IMG/VR virus record: IMGVR_UViG_3300033146_004404
Span: 1 to 64,000 of that record
Origin: a virus
Lineage: Duplodnaviria; Heunggongvirae; Uroviricota; Caudoviricetes
Length of the DNA stretch: 64,000 nucleotides
Reading direction: 5' to 3' (one strand)
Below, piece after piece: positions 52,677 through 61,612 of the stretch. Position numbers and translations under genes: made by a program. The notes beneath the pieces were generated by a model. That model did no database searches and was not told the DNA's origin. It saw only the letters and a list, made by a program, of their open reading frames with translations. Position 1 is the first letter of the stretch; every line of letters starts with the position of its first letter.

Positions 52677-53309
52677 TTAAACTTCAGTTTCTTTATTTAT
52701 ATTAATATCTTTAACTAAAGATATTCCTTGCTTCTCAAGAGCTTTTTTTACTGCTGTTGATGCTGCCTGAGCAATCTTTATTCCCAATACTTTTTTAACA
52801 AAAAGATATGAAGGATTTCCAGTGTTTCCATGATGTAATGGAGGCTCTTTAAATACTCTAGTTGTTTCAACAATAACAAGTCTAGTCTTAGTCTTTTCAT
52901 CAACTTGAACTCTTTTGAGGAGTTCTTTTGTAAAACCAGAATCTTTTTCTCTTATAGCTTTATATACGTCAGCAAATTCTTCAATATATTTAATTTCGTC
53001 TTCTCTAACGTCCTGAAGCACTATTTTTGTTGCTCTATCGTCTTTTATATCGCCAATAGCATCTGCAACATCACCAGTAGTAAGTTCATCTCCCTTTCCG
53101 CCTTTCAACTTATTAATCATATTTTTTATAGATACATAAATTGCTTTACCAGCTTTTGTATATCCTATGTATAAAAGATAAGCACCAAACCCACCAACCA
53201 GCAGCATTGAACTTAACCCAAAAACATCAATTAGTGCTCCAACAGTGAATTGCTCATTAATATATTCCTGCTCTTCTTTTTCATCTAAAAACTCTTTAAA
53301 TCTTTTCAT
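52677..53309 (-). CDS. hypothetical protein with one TM segment
   Basis: ORF with an internal hydrophobic helix. Confidence 0.4.
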   Translation of the reverse strand: MKRFKEFLDEKEEQEYINEQFTVGALIDVFGLSSMLLVGGFGAYLLYIGYTKAGKAIYVSIKNMINKLKGGKGDELTTGDVADAIGDIKDDRATKIVLQDVREDEIKYIEEFADVYKAIREKDSGFTKELLKRVQVDEKTKTRLVIVETTRVFKEPPLHHGNTGNPSYLFVKKVLGIKIAQAASTAVKKALEKQGISLVKDININKETEV

Positions 53310-53321
53310 TATATATCTCCA

Positions 53322-55769
53322 TTAGCCGATAATAAATTCGTAAACGTTAGTACTTGATTTCCAAGATTGCTTCAACGCTGCTTTCTCTTCTTTACCATCT
53401 GCCTTTAATTCAGCTCCATTTAACTGTAACATTCCATCACCACCAGGAATTTGATTTCCAAACGTTCCTCTAATTGTTCCTAGTGTTATCTTTGCTTCTG
53501 CTAAAGTAAAGTCTTTAATTGATTGACTATTACTTATTTCACTTAATGATAAAGCTGATTTGTATTTAATACCAACTTTAACAGCCGCAGGCGGTTCTGG
53601 GAACAAGAATAATCTCTTGTTGATAAACTCCCAAGTGATCTCTGTGTTTAATATCATATTAAGGTCTTTTGTAGCAACCAATGAAATATGATAGTCAGCA
53701 GCGTTTGCCATTACACTGTTGTTATTATAGATTGCTTGAATGTAAATATTTGACATCAACTCATCTCTACCATTATAGTATGAGGTTGGATATCTAGGAG
53801 AAAGAATAACATCTGTAACATTCTCTTCTCCGCCAGTCACAGCAGGAATTTCATATCCAGAAGCTGCGGATCCATTAAGAGTAATCATCTCAACATTTTC
53901 CGAGAAGTTTCTCCATTTATTATAATGATAAACAGCTGACGAAATACAATCATCTAACTGCTCATCAGTCAATTCAACTGGAACCTGTGGAGCTCCAAGT
54001 TTAGCTCTAACGAACCTATAAATTTCTGAGTAATCTGAGAACTCACTTATTACTTCAATGTCCTCACCAATATCAGTTGATCCTTCATTATCCCAAACAA
54101 GATCTAAAGCAGATTCTGCATCAGGATGGTCAACTGAAACAATTGCTTCGTTACCAGTATTTAAACTCATTAAAACTAAATGGTAGTTGCCGTCGTCGGC
54201 TGCTGCCGCAAGTCCTGGCACGGATGCATCATCAATAGCTAATTTTATTTCATCTAATGTTACAGCAGACACATCAATTGCAGCAGATGAAACATCAACC
54301 TGCGCTGTTCCGGCATCTGTAGATATTTCGATTATATAATTTGTCTGTAAATCTACAGTTGAACTTATTGCTATTGATCCAGTTACTATAGCTGAAGCAG
54401 AAGCTCCTTCTTCCGTAAGAATAGAAATTTCATCCATCCAAACTGTCTCATCTCCATCGGTATGAAAGAATGCTCTAATTACTACATCATAGTTTTCATT
54501 AAAGAAAAGCTCTTCAAAATTAGTAGTGAAAACTGTAGCTTCTGTTGATTGGTCGAACGTTCCATCTGAAGCTCTCCAAGTATTAGCAAAGAAATAATGC
54601 CATGTAGTTCCAATCTTTACAGAGAAGTTCATTCCAGACTCTGAAGCATTAAGTAATAATCCAGTCACTTCATTTTCTTTATATCCATCTCCAAAGTAAA
54701 TATCTACATAAGGATCACTTGAATCATATTGAGTTAATGGAGTTGTTGCTGGAGTATAGTCCTTTAAATTTCCATAGTTTTCTTGAATTATTAATTCGTC
54801 GATCTTATGATAGTCATCACCAACTTCCGCTCCTGTTAGTATTAAATCTGTTACAACATTCTCTCTAGTAAATCCAGTCATAAATACAGAAAGAAGTTTA
54901 CCTGCTAAGAAAATCTGCCCTATGTTATTATTCCAACTTAGTTCAAGTTCTTTGTATTCAAAGGATCTACTTGAATAGATACCAAGGTCTAAATCAACCT
55001 TTAAAATTCCTGTAGAGTCATACATTTTTAATAGTAAATGGCTGCTAATATCATGAGTCAATATTATAGCATTTGCTAGTCCGGAATCCGGAATCAATCT
55101 AAAAAAATCTAAGTTTAACGAAGGTGCATTTGGAATAATGTATTCATCGACTCCACCCATTAATGCAAGAAGTGATTCACCAGAATCAGGATCTTCCATA
55201 TGGATCTTATCACCTATAATCATAGAGGTTAATTTTATTTTATTTGTATCGTCATCATATAAAACATTTGCATAAGTTGTTAGTGCAATTGACAAAGCAT
55301 TATATACAGCTACTTTATCTGCGCCAATATTGAGCGATATTGAGAAGTCGCCAATTTCAGCATCATCTACAAAAAGTTTTAATCCATAATCTGTATCATC
55401 TGCTAAGACTGCATCTGGCTCTAAGTTAGTGAATAGCTGTTCGCCTCTTGCGTTATCAAAATATGGAGCCATTCTAAAGGAAATACTTCCTTCGTTTAAA
55501 AGGCTTACAAATGAGCCTTTGTCATATGTAACTGTTCCATTTATATCTGCATGTTGAGTAAGGCCAAAAGAATCAAAGTCGGCAATTACAGGATTGCCAG
55601 TTAGTGTCGGTGTATTATTTCCTAATGCGAACTGAGCATCAAAAGTTGAATTAAAATTAGATAAGAAAAGCAGTCCTTCGAAGTATTCCCGAAGCTCTAT
55701 CTTTCCATCATTTTTAATGAATTTACTTTCATCACTATATTCTATCTTTCTGAAAGTTTCTTTTATCAT
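53322..55769 (-). CDS. large virion structural protein (815 aa; unassigned)
   Basis: First gene of the minus-strand module; no consensus early promoter upstream. Confidence 0.45.
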   Translation of the reverse strand: MIKETFRKIEYSDESKFIKNDGKIELREYFEGLLFLSNFNSTFDAQFALGNNTPTLTGNPVIADFDSFGLTQHADINGTVTYDKGSFVSLLNEGSISFRMAPYFDNARGEQLFTNLEPDAVLADDTDYGLKLFVDDAEIGDFSISLNIGADKVAVYNALSIALTTYANVLYDDDTNKIKLTSMIIGDKIHMEDPDSGESLLALMGGVDEYIIPNAPSLNLDFFRLIPDSGLANAIILTHDISSHLLLKMYDSTGILKVDLDLGIYSSRSFEYKELELSWNNNIGQIFLAGKLLSVFMTGFTRENVVTDLILTGAEVGDDYHKIDELIIQENYGNLKDYTPATTPLTQYDSSDPYVDIYFGDGYKENEVTGLLLNASESGMNFSVKIGTTWHYFFANTWRASDGTFDQSTEATVFTTNFEELFFNENYDVVIRAFFHTDGDETVWMDEISILTEEGASASAIVTGSIAISSTVDLQTNYIIEISTDAGTAQVDVSSAAIDVSAVTLDEIKLAIDDASVPGLAAAADDGNYHLVLMSLNTGNEAIVSVDHPDAESALDLVWDNEGSTDIGEDIEVISEFSDYSEIYRFVRAKLGAPQVPVELTDEQLDDCISSAVYHYNKWRNFSENVEMITLNGSAASGYEIPAVTGGEENVTDVILSPRYPTSYYNGRDELMSNIYIQAIYNNNSVMANAADYHISLVATKDLNMILNTEITWEFINKRLFLFPEPPAAVKVGIKYKSALSLSEISNSQSIKDFTLAEAKITLGTIRGTFGNQIPGGDGMLQLNGAELKADGKEEKAALKQSWKSSTNVYEFIIG

Positions 55770-55850
55770 ATTAGTTCCTTGTTTTTGTTTCTATAATTAT
55801 CTTTACTGTTCCAGTTAAGATACTTATATTATATCTTATATAAGCATTAC

Positions 55851-55879
55851 TTGACAAAAAAAGAATAATATACTATAAT
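55851..55879 (+). promoter_or_regulatory. consensus early promoter copy 24
   Basis: TTGACAaaaaaagaataatatacTATAAT; precedes the M23 peptidase, marking the boundary with the minus-strand structural module. Confidence 0.7.
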
Positions 55880-55897
55880 TAACTCAAAGGATGGAAT

Positions 55898-56731
55898 ATG
55901 AAAAATGTATTAATATATCTCTTGCTTGTATCTACAGTATTACTAAGTTTTATGCTGTATCAAACAACTGAGAGAAAATATGAGGTTGAAAATAAATACG
56001 AAAAGACTTTAGATGAAATAAAAATGGAAATCATAAAGAACAGCTCTCTTGAATTAGTCATCGATAATCTTAACAGCGAGATCACTTTAAACAAAATTCA
56101 GTATACGAGCACAATAAAAGAAATAGTTGAAGTAGTTCAAATCACAGACTCGTACCTTTTTATAGGTGGTTTTAGCGAAGAAGATACTGACGATTTTAAC
56201 TTAAAAAAGTATGAAGATATGCTAACTTTAAACACAAGTCTTTCAGAGTTATTGCATAACACGGAAAACTTTTTCGACGAGAGAGTTAAGTACATCGAAA
56301 AAACTCCAAGTGTCTGGCCAATAGAGAATATAGATGACATAAGAATATCTTCTCCGTTTGGAGATAGATATTCTCCATTTTCTGGAAAGAAAACTTTTCA
56401 CAATGGGATTGATCTTGTAGCTCCAGCTTATACAAAAATAAAAGCTACTGCGGAAGGAGTTGTTGTTCAAAACTGGATCATGCACCCAATATATGGAAAG
56501 CTTGTGATTGTAGAACATGCTAACGGAATAAGAACTTGGTATGCTCACATGTCAAAAGTTTGGGTTCACGAAGGGGATAGAATCAAAAAAGGTGCGTCCA
56601 TTGGAAGAATTGGAAATACTGGAGTTTCTACAGGAAGACATTTACATTATTCAGTAGAAAGAAATGGAAAATTTGTAGACCCAACAGAGTATCTAAGATA
56701 CAAGCAAGAAATCTTGACAAAAAAAGAATAA
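55898..56731 (+). CDS. M23-family (LytM-like) peptidase with N-terminal TM anchor
   Basis: 'HNGIDL', 'GNTGVSTGRHLHY' motifs; the 3' end overlaps promoter copy 25. Confidence 0.8.
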   Translation: MKNVLIYLLLVSTVLLSFMLYQTTERKYEVENKYEKTLDEIKMEIIKNSSLELVIDNLNSEITLNKIQYTSTIKEIVEVVQITDSYLFIGGFSEEDTDDFNLKKYEDMLTLNTSLSELLHNTENFFDERVKYIEKTPSVWPIENIDDIRISSPFGDRYSPFSGKKTFHNGIDLVAPAYTKIKATAEGVVVQNWIMHPIYGKLVIVEHANGIRTWYAHMSKVWVHEGDRIKKGASIGRIGNTGVSTGRHLHYSVERNGKFVDPTEYLRYKQEILTKKE

Positions 56732-56742
56732 TATGGTATAAT
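56714..56742 (+). promoter_or_regulatory. consensus early promoter copy 25
   Basis: Identical core overlapping the M23 3' end; precedes the AAA ATPase. Confidence 0.75.
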
Positions 56743-56771
56743 TAAGTATAAATAGAAAAAAGGGGAAAATA

Positions 56772-58220
56772 ATGAAAGAATACTCAAAGCTTTATTATGA
56801 GCTACATAAACACGTAGGCTCAAATTTTGACAATGCTGCTATGAACAAGAAAATTATCAATAAGCTTTCTGAGAAGAAAGTCTACTCTTATCAAGATATG
56901 ACTTATGAATTAAATAGAGCAATCAGATTAACAGAAAAAGAACTTTACATAGACAACACAAAACACTCTCTATTTATCTATGGAGAAACAGGAACAGGAA
57001 AGACGGAAATAATAAAACAGGTCTGTGAGGCAAACAGTTGTGTTTATCACAAGCTTGAAATACAGAAAATTCCGATTGAAGAACTTCAGGGATTCCCGTA
57101 TCTTTATAAAAACAAAGATGAAAAGACGGTTGTAAGACTTGCTCCATCAACAATTCTTCCTCCAAGTGAAGATGATAGAGTTTGGGTTCTTCACTTTGAC
57201 GAGTTCAACAAAGCCGATACAGAATCAATGGCTGCTGTAATGAATCTTATTCTTAATGGAGAAATTGGAGGTTCTGCTGATTATAACGAAGAGACAGGAA
57301 AATCTGAAAAGTATTCTCTACCTAAGAGAACTGTTGTTATTGGTTCTGGCAATAGAAAAATACAAAAGAATGTTTCATCATTTAATGCTGTAAATAATTT
57401 TGATACAGCAACAGCAGAAAGATGGCATAGGAATATTTACATTGGATACAATGCTCCTTCTTGGTTATCAGCATTTGCTTTTAAACCTTTCATTTGGAAA
57501 GAAATGAAACTTCATACAAGAGTTCCATCTATTATTTGTTATTATATTTTTAACAAATATATGGAAGAAGGAAGTGTTGAAGCTCCTTTTCTCATTCCAA
57601 AGAAGAACAGTGATGATGATGAAGGTGATTCAACAATGTCACCAAGAGCTTGGACTCTTCTTTCAAACAACATGATTTACACAATGTATTTCTGGTGGAA
57701 TGAATTTACAGATCACACTCCAAAAAATGATTTTGATTCTTTTGCAGATTATTGTTCTGATCCAAATGTTCAAATTGAAGCTCTTATAGAGAACGTCGCT
57801 GAACTTGGAATCGAAAATGGTGTTGATGTAGCAAAAGATATAATTGGAAAATATGTTTACTTCGCTGAAAATAGAGTTCTTCCAGAAGACGTTCTATTTG
57901 ACTATGTTAATGTAAGACAGAAAATAAAAAATCTTTCTGAGAAGAAAGGTGCTATGCTATTCTTACTTCTTTCAATAGCTCATTCAGTAAATGACGTTAA
58001 AGAGTGGGAAATGGAAGTTAGAGTTCCAGCTTTAAATCTGTCAACATTTCTAACGGATGTTGACATTCCAGCTGAAGATATTACTGTTTTTATCTACGAA
58101 CTTGATAAAATCAAGACAGAAGCAGCAAAAGAATTGGGAGAATTTCTTTATAGCATAAATGATAGATATAAGAATGCTTATCAAGGATTCTATTATACAA
58201 GCGATAAAGAACTAAAATGA
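56772..58220 (+). CDS. AAA+ ATPase (MoxR/CobS-like)
   Basis: Walker A 'GETGTGKT', Walker B 'VLHFDEFNKA'. Confidence 0.65.
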   Translation: MKEYSKLYYELHKHVGSNFDNAAMNKKIINKLSEKKVYSYQDMTYELNRAIRLTEKELYIDNTKHSLFIYGETGTGKTEIIKQVCEANSCVYHKLEIQKIPIEELQGFPYLYKNKDEKTVVRLAPSTILPPSEDDRVWVLHFDEFNKADTESMAAVMNLILNGEIGGSADYNEETGKSEKYSLPKRTVVIGSGNRKIQKNVSSFNAVNNFDTATAERWHRNIYIGYNAPSWLSAFAFKPFIWKEMKLHTRVPSIICYYIFNKYMEEGSVEAPFLIPKKNSDDDEGDSTMSPRAWTLLSNNMIYTMYFWWNEFTDHTPKNDFDSFADYCSDPNVQIEALIENVAELGIENGVDVAKDIIGKYVYFAENRVLPEDVLFDYVNVRQKIKNLSEKKGAMLFLLLSIAHSVNDVKEWEMEVRVPALNLSTFLTDVDIPAEDITVFIYELDKIKTEAAKELGEFLYSINDRYKNAYQGFYYTSDKELK

Positions 58221-58245
58221 AAATAATTTTAATGATGGAGTTTTA

Positions 58246-58431
58246 ATGACAAAAAAAATAATTAAAGATTTACAAAAGAATGGAATTTATTTAATATATT
58301 GCCCAAACGAGAGCTTGGGGCCTGATGGCCCTTTTACTCCAATCAATACAATCGGGGAGTTCAAGTTCTATTATGATTTAGAGCCAGAAAATCCAGAGTT
58401 AAATGATGATGACGAAATAATGAATACATAA
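58246..58431 (+). CDS. small hypothetical protein
   Basis: ORF. Confidence 0.4.
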   Translation: MTKKIIKDLQKNGIYLIYCPNESLGPDGPFTPINTIGEFKFYYDLEPENPELNDDDEIMNT

Positions 58432-58441
58432 GAGAGTTTTA

Positions 58442-59224
58442 ATGGCGGATAAATTTACGTACGAACAAACAGATTGGAAAGTTCCGATAGAACAATCCTT
58501 ATTAACAAATACAGAAATCGACAATGGCTCATTAAGATTATATTTAATTTTATTGAGTTATGCTAGAAATAAAATCACAGCATTTCCATCAAGAGATACA
58601 TTAGCAAAAGATATGGGGTGTAGCGTTAGAAATGTTGATATTTTAAAGAACAAATTAAAAGCACATGGCTTATTATCTTGGGAAACAAAATTTTACGGAC
58701 AGAAGAAGCACAACACTTATACATTACTAAAGTATAAACCAATAACTTCTTCATATAAAGAGAAAAAAAGTTCTTCTCCACAGAGAAAGAAACTTCTCAT
58801 TAATAATACAAATAGTAATAATAAAACTACTAGTAGTGATTTTAAAAAAGTAATTAAGAGTTTCATGAAATCATACAGAGATACTTGTGAGAACATTGAT
58901 CCTGATATAAAGAGAAACATACAGTCAGGATGGATTAACAATAAAAATTACATAGTAACTAATGGTGACAGGAAAAACTTAGCACAGTATCTTCAGGAAA
59001 ACGGTGAAGATGGAATTGAGAAAATTGACATCAGTTTTAAATTTCTTAAATCTTATCTTGAAGATAGACTGGAGTATGGACAGTTTTATAACAGTGATGG
59101 TTCAGAATTAATTCCATCCATCAGCTTATTTCTTAAGTCAAAGATACAACATGATGCAATGATGGAATTTACAAAGCACAGATTAAGAGTAATAACAAAA
59201 GAGCTAGAAAGAGATGAAAGTTGA
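58442..59224 (+). CDS. winged-helix DNA-binding protein (replication-initiator / DnaD-like?)
   Basis: N-terminal 'LRLYLILLSYARNKITAFPSRDTLAKDMGCSVRNV' HTH-like segment. Confidence 0.35.
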   Translation: MADKFTYEQTDWKVPIEQSLLTNTEIDNGSLRLYLILLSYARNKITAFPSRDTLAKDMGCSVRNVDILKNKLKAHGLLSWETKFYGQKKHNTYTLLKYKPITSSYKEKKSSSPQRKKLLINNTNSNNKTTSSDFKKVIKSFMKSYRDTCENIDPDIKRNIQSGWINNKNYIVTNGDRKNLAQYLQENGEDGIEKIDISFKFLKSYLEDRLEYGQFYNSDGSELIPSISLFLKSKIQHDAMMEFTKHRLRVITKELERDES

Positions 59225-59255
59225 TAGTGGAATAATTTAGATATACAGAGCCAGA

Positions 59256-59621
59256 ATGGAAAGCAAGGGAGAAGGTAAGTTGAAAGAGTTTAAGATAATA
59301 AATAACGTACTTAATTACAGAAAAAATGGAGAAAATTGGATTCCATTTTCTATTGAAGAGTTATCTACAATTTTAGCGGATAAAGTTGTAAGCCAGCAAA
59401 TGATAAACGAGGCTTACTTAGAATCCGTTAAAAAACTTTTAGTTCCTTTAGTGAATTCCATATCACAACCTACTGATATGAGATATGACTTAGCTAAGTC
59501 GGTACTGAGTGAATTAATAACAAAGCAAGACAAAGATAGTGTTTACAGCACTATCGAACATTCTTTTGAATATGCTGATGCTTTTATAAAAAAATACAAA
59601 AGAGAAAACAAAAACATGTAG
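59256..59621 (+). CDS. hypothetical protein
   Basis: ORF. Confidence 0.45.
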   Translation: MESKGEGKLKEFKIINNVLNYRKNGENWIPFSIEELSTILADKVVSQQMINEAYLESVKKLLVPLVNSISQPTDMRYDLAKSVLSELITKQDKDSVYSTIEHSFEYADAFIKKYKRENKNM

Positions 59622-59658
59622 TTAATGGCTTTATCAACAATGTTATAAGGGAGAGTTA

Positions 59659-61398
59659 ATGAGAGAAATGAAAAAAAATTTTTTAGACAAAGGCTGGGTT
59701 TGCTTAGTTGATAAAATGGGAGACGACTATAGAATTTTACAGTCAGCAAGAGTTTCTACAGGTGGAGAAGCTTCAAAGGGAGATAAAGCAGATAGAGGAT
59801 TGATTCGATATTTGTATAAAAATAAACATTGCTATGACGATAAAACAGAGATTATGACAGAAAAAGGATTTATTTTATTTAAAGAGTTGAAAGATGAAAA
59901 AGTGGCCACTTTTTCAACAGACTCTTCAAAGTTTTTAAGGTATGAAACACCAAAAGAAAAAATAATTGATAACTACAGCGGAGAAATGTATCATTTTGAC
60001 GGAGATGTTGATTTATGCGTATCTCCAAACCATAAAATTTATTTTAGGAAAGCAAGAGATAAGAAATCAACATATCATTTTGATTTTGCTGCAGGAGAGG
60101 ATTCTTACAATAACCCTAAGAAGATAAAGAATGCTGAAGCACACATAAAAATGAAAAAATCTTCTTCTGGGAGTATTGTTAACTTTAAAGAAAGAGAAAT
60201 GTTTGGAATGGACATAATAAACTTTTCAAAGATTATAGGGTTTTTCATTGGAGAAGGGAACTCTAATTCAAAAAACACTATTGGGTTTCATCTAAAGAAA
60301 AAAAGAAAAATAAAATTTTTAAAAGATATAACGCTAAACTCTAATGTTGAATTAAGAAAATTAAAGAATGATGTTTATATATTTGATTTTCTTAATATAA
60401 AAGAATGGATTGATGAAAACTGCTATGATGAAAATAGAAATAAAAAGATTCCAGAGTTTTATTTCTATGAAAGCAGCATGGTTATTGATGCTCTCTTTGA
60501 AGGATTAAGGAATTCAAATGGATCTAACAAAAGAAGCACTTGGATATATTCTACAACCTCAAAAAAATTAGCTAATCAGTTACAAGCTATAGGTTCCATA
60601 AATGGAAGAACTATAACGCTAAATAGTTCAAGTGATTATTTATATATATTAAATTTTTCCACAAGAAGAGTTGAGGCAAATGTGAATGATAGTAGAGGAG
60701 GAAGTAATTTAAACATTATAAACTATACTGGAAATATATATTCAGTTACAGTTTCTACAGGTTTAATTATGGTTAGAAGAAATAGAAAAATAGTTCTTTC
60801 TGGAAATTCAACACCTTTCGAACAAGTAGTGTTTACGTTTCATTGTAAGATACCAAACTTTGTGGCAACTCATCTTTTACGTCATAGAACTTTTTCATTT
60901 AATATGATTTCACAGAGATATAGTCAAATTAAAGATGATTACTATATCCCTAAAGAGTGGAGAGCTCAGGGAATAACTAATCACCAAGGAAGCGGAGAGA
61001 AATTCGAAAGCGATGAAAACATTCGTTTGCAGAATGAATACGTTAACGAAATAGAAAATTCGTTTTTAAACTATAATGAAATGATAGAAACAAAAGTAGC
61101 AAAAGAAATGGCTAGATTGGTTCTACCTTCTTCAGTATATACAGAGTTATATTTTACTGTAGATTATCGAAATCTTTTACATTTTCTTGAATTAAGACTT
61201 CACGAACATGCGCAATTTGAGACAAGGGTTTTTGCTGAAGCAATAGAGTCTATATTAAATGAAATAGATGGATTAAAATGGTCAATGGAAATCTTCAAAG
61301 AAGACACAGAGCTTCAGTGGAAGATTCAAAAACTTCTTTCCTCAAAGAAAGAACCGGCAACAATACTAAAAGCTCTTGAAGAAGCTTTTGGAATATAG
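59659..61398 (+). CDS. thyX: flavin-dependent thymidylate synthase ThyX, interrupted by an intein
   Basis: Exteins: 'DKGWVCLVDKMGDDYRILQSARVS...RGLIRYLYKNKH' and 'STPFEQVVFTFHCKIPNFVATHLLRHRTFSFNMISQRYS' (ThyX RHRx7S motif). Between KH and STPFEQ lies an insert of about 326 aa starting with Cys and ending in Asn. Confidence 0.8.
   Translation: MREMKKNFLDKGWVCLVDKMGDDYRILQSARVSTGGEASKGDKADRGLIRYLYKNKHCYDDKTEIMTEKGFILFKELKDEKVATFSTDSSKFLRYETPKEKIIDNYSGEMYHFDGDVDLCVSPNHKIYFRKARDKKSTYHFDFAAGEDSYNNPKKIKNAEAHIKMKKSSSGSIVNFKEREMFGMDIINFSKIIGFFIGEGNSNSKNTIGFHLKKKRKIKFLKDITLNSNVELRKLKNDVYIFDFLNIKEWIDENCYDENRNKKIPEFYFYESSMVIDALFEGLRNSNGSNKRSTWIYSTTSKKLANQLQAIGSINGRTITLNSSSDYLYILNFSTRRVEANVNDSRGGSNLNIINYTGNIYSVTVSTGLIMVRRNRKIVLSGNSTPFEQVVFTFHCKIPNFVATHLLRHRTFSFNMISQRYSQIKDDYYIPKEWRAQGITNHQGSGEKFESDENIRLQNEYVNEIENSFLNYNEMIETKVAKEMARLVLPSSVYTELYFTVDYRNLLHFLELRLHEHAQFETRVFAEAIESILNEIDGLKWSMEIFKEDTELQWKIQKLLSSKKEPATILKALEEAFGI
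59830..60807 (+). mobile_element. intein with LAGLIDADG homing-endonuclease domain inside thyX
   Basis: Begins 'CYDDKTEIMT' and ends '...VLSGN' before +1 Ser. Internal 'KIIGFFIGEGNS' and 'IDALFEGLRNSNGS' LAGLIDADG-like motifs. Confidence 0.65.
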
Positions 61399-61563
61399 GA
61401 GAAAATTATGTCAGCAACGGAATTAGCGTTTATTTTAATAATGGGCGGAACAGCTTTTTACTTGATGAACAGGTGGTGGTAGATGATAAGTGTTGGCTCA
61501 GCAATCACTGCAATTATTTTTTCTTTTATAGTTGCTTGGGTAATTTTAAAGATCTTTAAAAAT

Positions 61564-61592
61564 TTGACAAAAAAAGAATAATATGGTATAAT
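61564..61592 (+). promoter_or_regulatory. consensus early promoter copy 26
   Basis: Identical core; precedes the metallopeptidase-vWA gene. Confidence 0.75.
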
Positions 61593-61612
61593 TAAGATAG
61601 AAAGGGGAGAAA

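Noticed and set aside
4426-61592. The 26 identical ~40-bp repeats could be mistaken for a CRISPR array or a dispersed mobile repeat.
   Set aside because: Spacing is irregular (0.3-13 kb) with full genes between copies. Each copy has a canonical -35/-10 architecture and sits just upstream of an RBS or tRNA. This is promoter reuse, not CRISPR.
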